The notes below the pieces were generated by a model. The model was not told where the DNA came from. It did no database searches and saw only the letters and a program-made list of their open reading frames with translations. A stretch of 32,000 nt of DNA from Psychrobacter sp. DM4 (GTDB lineage: Bacteria; Pseudomonadota; Gammaproteobacteria; Pseudomonadales; Moraxellaceae), in contig NZ_CP195536.1 of NCBI RefSeq assembly GCF_051307035.1, positions 690,001-722,000 of the forward strand. Direction: 5' to 3'. Position 1 is the first letter of the stretch. Each line of letters starts with the position of its first letter. The position numbers were made by a program, and so were the translations under genes. Below, piece by piece: positions 27,022 through 32,000 of the stretch.

Positions 27022-27486
27022 ATGGCATCTAAAACGTTACTCATTGTCGCCCATGCCCCATCATTTAATACTCAAAAACTAGCACAAGCGGCCTACGAGG
27101 GCGCAAGCCATTCTGATATAGACATCAATGTGATTCTCAAATCGCCTCAAGATACGCACCCTGAAGACATACTAACCGCCGATGCAGTCTTGTTGGGAAC
27201 GACTGAGAATCTTGCTTATATGGCAGGACTAACCAAAGACTTCTTTGATCGTTGCTATTATTCAGTGTTAGAACAAAAACAAGGGCTGCCTTTTGCTTTG
27301 TACATTCGTGCTGGTCATGATGGCACAGGGACTACACTTGCCATAAAGGCAATTATCACAGGACTCCGATGGAACCAAATCCAAGACACGCTTGTTCTGA
27401 AAGGTGATTGGCAAGAGAGTTTTACTCATCAGGTAGAGGAGCTCGCCATGACTTTGGCTGCTGGAGTCGAGGCGGGTATTTATTAG
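27022..27486 (+). CDS. Flavodoxin-like fold / NAD(P)H-dependent FMN reductase-like protein
   Basis: 154 aa. The N-terminal beta-strand-loop LLIVAHAPSFNTQKLAQA and ...AVLLGTTENLAYMAGLTKDFFDR... are typical of flavodoxin-like oxidoreductases. The start lies 2 nt after the OsmC-like stop. Confidence 0.6.
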   Translation: MASKTLLIVAHAPSFNTQKLAQAAYEGASHSDIDINVILKSPQDTHPEDILTADAVLLGTTENLAYMAGLTKDFFDRCYYSVLEQKQGLPFALYIRAGHDGTGTTLAIKAIITGLRWNQIQDTLVLKGDWQESFTHQVEELAMTLAAGVEAGIY

Positions 27487-27558
27487 ATAAAGAAGAGTTT
27501 TATGATCCAAGAAAGATTTTGATACTTAGATCAAACCATGTAATTGGGATTAAGAAAT

Positions 27559-28182
27559 ATGACTGCTCCTCAACCTTTTTCGCAAGCTTGCGAAAACAAT
27601 AAAGATGCGATCTTGGAAGTTTTGCAACTAGAGCTACAAAGTTATGCACATGTATTGGAGATAGGCTCAGGAACGGGGCAGCATAGTGTATATTTTGCAC
27701 CAAATTTACCTCGTGTAACTTGGCAAACTAGCGATGTCACAGCTCATCATGACCACATAAATACTTGGCATAGCGCTTATCCTGCGCCTAATCTAAAAGC
27801 GCCATTAGCGTTTGATTTAACTTGCGACTCAATTCCGTTCAATAATAATAGTCATAGCTCTTACGATGCGGTATTTACAGCGAATACCTTTCACATTATA
27901 AGCTGGTCTTTAGTTCAAACCTTAATTGAGTTGGTCAGTGATACCCTACCTATTGATGGTAAGCTGATGATTTATGGCCCATTCAATGAAGAGGGCAGAT
28001 ATACAAGCGCAAGTAATCGACATTTTGATTTGTCACTAAGGCAACGTGATCCCGCTAGCGGTATCCGAAACAAAGAAGACGTTATCGCCTTAGCGCAAAA
28101 TCACGACTTAGTGTTGTCTAATCAATACGCTATGCCTGCAAATAATCAAATACTTGTCTTTCAAAAGCGAGCGCAGGTATAA
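27559..28182 (+). CDS. DUF938-family (SAM-methyltransferase-fold) protein
   Basis: ...ACENNKDAILEVL...VLEIGSGTGQHSVYFAPNLPRVTWQTSD...MIYGPF... matches the DUF938 pattern as I remember it. The start is placed at ATG 27559; the track start at 27544 is TTG. Confidence 0.7.
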   Translation: MTAPQPFSQACENNKDAILEVLQLELQSYAHVLEIGSGTGQHSVYFAPNLPRVTWQTSDVTAHHDHINTWHSAYPAPNLKAPLAFDLTCDSIPFNNNSHSSYDAVFTANTFHIISWSLVQTLIELVSDTLPIDGKLMIYGPFNEEGRYTSASNRHFDLSLRQRDPASGIRNKEDVIALAQNHDLVLSNQYAMPANNQILVFQKRAQV

Positions 28183-28198
28183 CCTATAGATATTACTA

Positions 28199-30985
28199 TT
28201 ACCCTGTATTTCGTAACCCTGCTGCAAGAGCATTGATGCTACGAATAAGCGGGTCTTCTACGTCCAGCCTGTCTTTATCTTCAGAGCTATCTGGTTGACG
28301 CAATCGTTTGAGCAGCTCAATTTGAATATAGTTAATAGGGTCTAGGTAAGCATTACGCCATTCTAAGGATGCCGCCAACTCCTGTTGATTAGACAATAAG
28401 GACTCTTGATTGAGCAAAGAGTTAAGACCAGAATGCGTCAGCTCATGTTCTTTGACCACATCATCCATAATGAGCTCGCGCAAGCTCTCATCATCACAGA
28501 GTAAGCTGTAAGCACGCGCAATAGTCATCTCAGATTTTGTAAATGCCATCTCTATGTTGCTAACAAAAACATTAAAAAATGGCCAGTTCGCATTCATCTC
28601 CTTCATCAACTCTTCGTCTCGTTTGACGCTATCCAAAGCACTACCAACGCCATACCAAGCGGGCAGGGTAAAGCGCGCTAGCGACCAGCCAAATACCCAA
28701 GGTATAGCGCGAATGGTAGATTTGCTAGGTAAGCCTTTTTTGCGGTGGGCAGGACGTGAGCCGATATTAAGCAGTGATATCTCTTGTACGGGCGTGGCCT
28801 CAGAATAAAAAGCATAAAACCCTTTGGTATTATCGGTCAACGCACGATACTGCGCTTCACCCGCATCAGCTAAGCGTGCAAATAAATTCTCATAATGCTC
28901 TAAGTTTGAGGGTTGCTCTAAAAACTTGGAAGAGCTGGCTTTGAGCGCACCTGTTATGCCCATAGTAAGCTGAAAGACAGCAGTGTCTGGATTGGCGTAT
29001 TTGGCGTATAGCACTTCGCCTTGTTCGGTGAATTTGATTTGACCATCTAATGTGCCTGTAGGCTGAGCTGCAATCGCCTGATGAGTTGAGCCCCCACCGC
29101 GGCTAATTGAACCACCGCGACCGTGAAATAGACGAGTATTGATACCGTATTCGTTAGCGATACGCGTAATCGTTTGCTGTGCGCTATATAACTGCCAAGC
29201 CGAGGTAATAATGCCGCCGTCTTTTGAGGAGTCAGAGTAACCGAGCATAATCTCTTGGGTGTTGTCTGATTGCTCTAAAAGTTGACGATACAAGGGGTTG
29301 TCCAAAACCGTAGGCAAAATCTTATCGATGTTTTTGAGGTCATCGATCGTCTCAAATAAAGGCGCGACCGGTAGTGCTGCAAACAGATGTCCCTCATCAT
29401 TGATACCAGATAATCCAGCAAAACGCATGAGTAGTAATACTTCTAAAATCTGACTGGCATTGTTGGTCATCGAAATGACATAGCTGCCAAAAGTATCAGC
29501 TCCGACCAGTTTGCGCAGCTTAGCCACTGACTGCATTAAATCAAGTTGCTCTCGGGTTTGTTCGCTCAAATTATCGATATATAGTAGCGGTGTCCCTGGG
29601 TTTTTGAGTAAGCGTGTCAGCCACTCTTGACGCTCAATCTCGCTAAGCTCCTGGTAATCAGGTAGGTTTGATGCGTGGGCAAAAATATCGGCAATAACCT
29701 CGCCGTGATAGCCTGAGTCTTGACGTATATCAAGCGCCGCTAGATGAAAGCCGCAGGTCTTTACAAGGCGTATCATATCAAGCACTGAGCCATCAGCATG
29801 CGCTTTGTCATGCTCATTGACACTACGACGAATCAGGCGTAGATCATCCAACAGACCTTGCGGCGTTAGATAAGCATCACCTGCCGCCTCGGTATTTGAA
29901 TCAGTATCCAAACCTTGGCTTTGGATATACTCATTGGTCGCTTTCACTTTGGCAAGAATGATTGATAGTAGCCTACGATACGGCTCATTATTGTAATCGT
30001 TAAGATTATAGGCAAATACCTTTTTATCAAGTTCACTGTAGTCTGAGATACGAGTATAGATATCTGGCGCAATATCAACGACGGTATCGCTGTGAATTAA
30101 CTCACGGCGCAATTGTTTGATTAGTACTTGATAATGACGCAGCACAGCATTGGCATGCATCAGTACTGCCATTTCAGTCGTCTCATGCGTGACAAACGGA
30201 TTGCCGTCTCTATCACCGCCTATCCAAGAGCCAAAACTAACAAAGGCCGGCAAGGGATAGTCAGTGAGCTCAGGATAAATATCGACTAAGGCGTTTTTTA
30301 TGTTGCGGTACACTTTGGGAATAGCGGTGAATAAACTGGCATTAAAATAGTGTAGACCGTTATTGATCTCATCATAAACGAGAGGTTTACGAGTACGCAC
30401 CTCATCTGATGACCATAACAGATCGATGGTTTCAGCGGTTTTTTGCTTGGCTTGCTCAAACGCTAGGCTATCCTCAGAGACATGATTGAGCGCATCACTA
30501 TGCTCATAGAGCGTCTGCAAAATGTTCATTGTCGTGCGTCTGCGCGCCTCAGTGGGGTGAGCGGTAAACACGGGGATAAATTTGAGCTGATCGATAAGCG
30601 CTTTGATTTGGTCAGGTGCGATATTGCGCTCACGGCATTCTAGTAGAGTGCGGCGAAAGGAACCCTCCCAGCTCTGATTGGACTCTGCACGCATAACTCG
30701 GCGCTGTTCACGTAGATGATTTTCTTCGGTTAAATTCGCCAAAAAAAAGTAAATTGAAAAAGCTCGAATGACATTTTTTAAGGTTTGATTGTCTAAGGAG
30801 GCAATGAGGTCAATCAGCTGCTGTTTGCTCTGCTCATTTGGTTCGCGGCGCTGTTGGATAAAGCCCTTACGCAGCGTCTCGATAGTATTTAATGTGTCTT
30901 TTCCTGATTGACGAGCTATCGCCTCTCCTAAAAATGACCCTAGTAACCTGACACGTGAGCGTAATATATCGTTTTGTAATAGCAT
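28199..30985 (-). CDS. ppc: Phosphoenolpyruvate carboxylase
   Basis: 928 aa with the hallmark motifs ...VFTAHPTE..., ...GYSDSSKDGG..., ...FHGRGGSISRGGG... and the C-terminal ...LRNTG. A strong AAGGAGGA RBS. Confidence 0.96.
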   Translation of the reverse strand: MLLQNDILRSRVRLLGSFLGEAIARQSGKDTLNTIETLRKGFIQQRREPNEQSKQQLIDLIASLDNQTLKNVIRAFSIYFFLANLTEENHLREQRRVMRAESNQSWEGSFRRTLLECRERNIAPDQIKALIDQLKFIPVFTAHPTEARRRTTMNILQTLYEHSDALNHVSEDSLAFEQAKQKTAETIDLLWSSDEVRTRKPLVYDEINNGLHYFNASLFTAIPKVYRNIKNALVDIYPELTDYPLPAFVSFGSWIGGDRDGNPFVTHETTEMAVLMHANAVLRHYQVLIKQLRRELIHSDTVVDIAPDIYTRISDYSELDKKVFAYNLNDYNNEPYRRLLSIILAKVKATNEYIQSQGLDTDSNTEAAGDAYLTPQGLLDDLRLIRRSVNEHDKAHADGSVLDMIRLVKTCGFHLAALDIRQDSGYHGEVIADIFAHASNLPDYQELSEIERQEWLTRLLKNPGTPLLYIDNLSEQTREQLDLMQSVAKLRKLVGADTFGSYVISMTNNASQILEVLLLMRFAGLSGINDEGHLFAALPVAPLFETIDDLKNIDKILPTVLDNPLYRQLLEQSDNTQEIMLGYSDSSKDGGIITSAWQLYSAQQTITRIANEYGINTRLFHGRGGSISRGGGSTHQAIAAQPTGTLDGQIKFTEQGEVLYAKYANPDTAVFQLTMGITGALKASSSKFLEQPSNLEHYENLFARLADAGEAQYRALTDNTKGFYAFYSEATPVQEISLLNIGSRPAHRKKGLPSKSTIRAIPWVFGWSLARFTLPAWYGVGSALDSVKRDEELMKEMNANWPFFNVFVSNIEMAFTKSEMTIARAYSLLCDDESLRELIMDDVVKEHELTHSGLNSLLNQESLLSNQQELAASLEWRNAYLDPINYIQIELLKRLRQPDSSEDKDRLDVEDPLIRSINALAAGLRNTG

Positions 30986-31026
30986 ATTGTCCTCCTTGTT
31001 AGCCTTTTCCTAAATTCTAAGTACAA

Positions 31027-31053
31027 CATGCCTCAGTCTAGAACTGAAGCATG
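31027..31053 (-). other. Hairpin between the hydrolase gene and ppc (weak terminator or ppc leader element)
   Basis: CATGCCTCAGT (31027-31037) pairs with ACTGAAGCATG (31043-31053). The single C/A mismatch on the plus strand becomes a G-U pair in the minus-strand transcript. There is no clear U-run after it. Confidence 0.3.
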
Positions 31054-31109
31054 CAAAATAAAAAAAGTAACGCTAATAGCTCCATACAGAGTTGTACAAT
31101 TAGACAAAT

Positions 31110-31919
31110 CTATTTATAGCTATTTTCTAAAAAGGTCAGATAACGATTCCAAGAGCGCTCATCTGCACGCGCATTGTATCTATCAGGATTGTTAAAGTCA
31201 GTAAAGGCATGAACCGCGCCGCTATAGGTAATCATCTCATGCGCGACGTTAGCTGTCTCCAACGTTTTGCCAAGCGCAGTGAAATCTTCTAAAGGAACGG
31301 CTTCATCTGCTGTGCCATGAAAGACTAAAATCTCACCGCTAGTGGTGTTGTAATTTTGACCTGCCGGAAGCTCAAGCCCGCCGTGAAAAGGTACAAAGGC
31401 TTTTTGCTCAAAGCCTGATCGTGCAAGCTCAAGCGCAACACTACCACCGAAACAGTATCCCATCGTGGTGCCATTTCGAACATTATTGCCTTGCTGTTGA
31501 CCGACAGTTAGGGCGCCGGCAAGTAAACGGCGCATTTTGGATCTATCCTCATACAGCTCGGCGGTGAGTCTTTTTTTGTCCGCCATTTCGGTAGGACGAA
31601 TACCTGCGCCAAACATATCAGCAGCTAGGACGTTATAGCCCTCGGCAGCTAGCATATCAGCACGTTTTTTCTCGTAGTCTGTAAGCCCGTCCCAGTCATG
31701 AATAAGTAAGATAAAAGGTGCGTTCGCTTGATCAGCTTTAGCGTAATAGCCTTGATAATCTTGATTGTCTACCGTATAGGCAATGTCCTTGGTTGTGATA
31801 GCAAACGCGCTTTGACTCATAGTCAATGCTAGTACGCTAAGTGCTGCGCTACCAACTAATGAGCGATAAGTGCCTTTTGACAAGCGCGCAGATAGGGGAG
31901 TGTTTGGCAGGAGTGACAT
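31110..31919 (-). CDS. Secreted dienelactone hydrolase family protein
   Basis: ATG at 31919 with an AAAGAGG RBS. Signal peptide MSLLPNTPLSARLSKGTYRSLVGSAALSVLALTMSQSAFA. DLH nucleophile elbow GYCFGG and ...VFHGTADE...H... The track ORF merely runs on to the window edge. Confidence 0.8.
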   Translation of the reverse strand: MSLLPNTPLSARLSKGTYRSLVGSAALSVLALTMSQSAFAITTKDIAYTVDNQDYQGYYAKADQANAPFILLIHDWDGLTDYEKKRADMLAAEGYNVLAADMFGAGIRPTEMADKKRLTAELYEDRSKMRRLLAGALTVGQQQGNNVRNGTTMGYCFGGSVALELARSGFEQKAFVPFHGGLELPAGQNYNTTSGEILVFHGTADEAVPLEDFTALGKTLETANVAHEMITYSGAVHAFTDFNNPDRYNARADERSWNRYLTFLENSYK

Positions 31920-32000
31920 AAAAAGCCTCTTTGAGTGGATGATTAAAGCGTGAGTACGCTCAATAGATAACTTATATCTTATAACTTCACATAAAATCAT

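Noticed and set aside
27268-27703. Small ORFs around the flavodoxin-like/DUF938 junction (27268-27510 minus, 27408-27602 plus, 27500-27703 minus).
   Set aside because: They overlap better-supported genes, and I recognise no RBS or family for them.
31920-32000. Extension of the hydrolase ORF to the window edge (MILCEVIRYKLSIERTHALIIHSKRLF...).
   Set aside because: An internal ATG at 31919 has a good AAAGAGG RBS and begins a canonical signal peptide. The upstream part is probably untranslated.

Overview
Chromosomal window from a gammaproteobacterium of the Moraxellaceae. The 16S/23S sequence and gene content look Psychrobacter-like, but that is my own recognition, not a database search.

Layout:
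(a) 1-7.9 kb, housekeeping genes: pntAA (3' end), pntAB, pntB, a hotdog thioesterase-like gene, a stand-alone iscX, a GyrI-like protein, dapE, a 2OG-Fe(II) oxygenase, rlmJ and pssA.
(b) 7.9-18.5 kb, an accessory surface locus. A LuxR-type response regulator and a hybrid histidine kinase with a multi-TM sensor lie on the minus strand. They are divergent from two tandem, mosaic-paralogous trimeric autotransporter adhesins (TAAs) of 1041 and 1366 aa. In both, the stalk is a long uninterrupted, essentially proline-free Gly-X-Y collagen-like tract (139 and 85 triplets).
(c) 18.6-24.6 kb, a complete rrn operon: three tandem promoters, then 16S, tRNA-Ile(GAU), tRNA-Ala(UGC), 23S, 5S and a terminator.
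(d) 24.6-26.5 kb, an AT-rich two-gene minus-strand cassette (about 475 aa plus about 110 aa). It has its own terminator and no family I can recognise.
(e) 26.6-32 kb: an OsmC-like gene, a flavodoxin-like gene, DUF938, ppc and a secreted dienelactone hydrolase.

The two best candidates for something undescribed are the collagen-stalk TAA pair, with its repeat-driven variability, and the orphan two-gene cassette beside the rrn operon. All functional calls come from reading the supplied translations and the DNA by eye. No searches were run.
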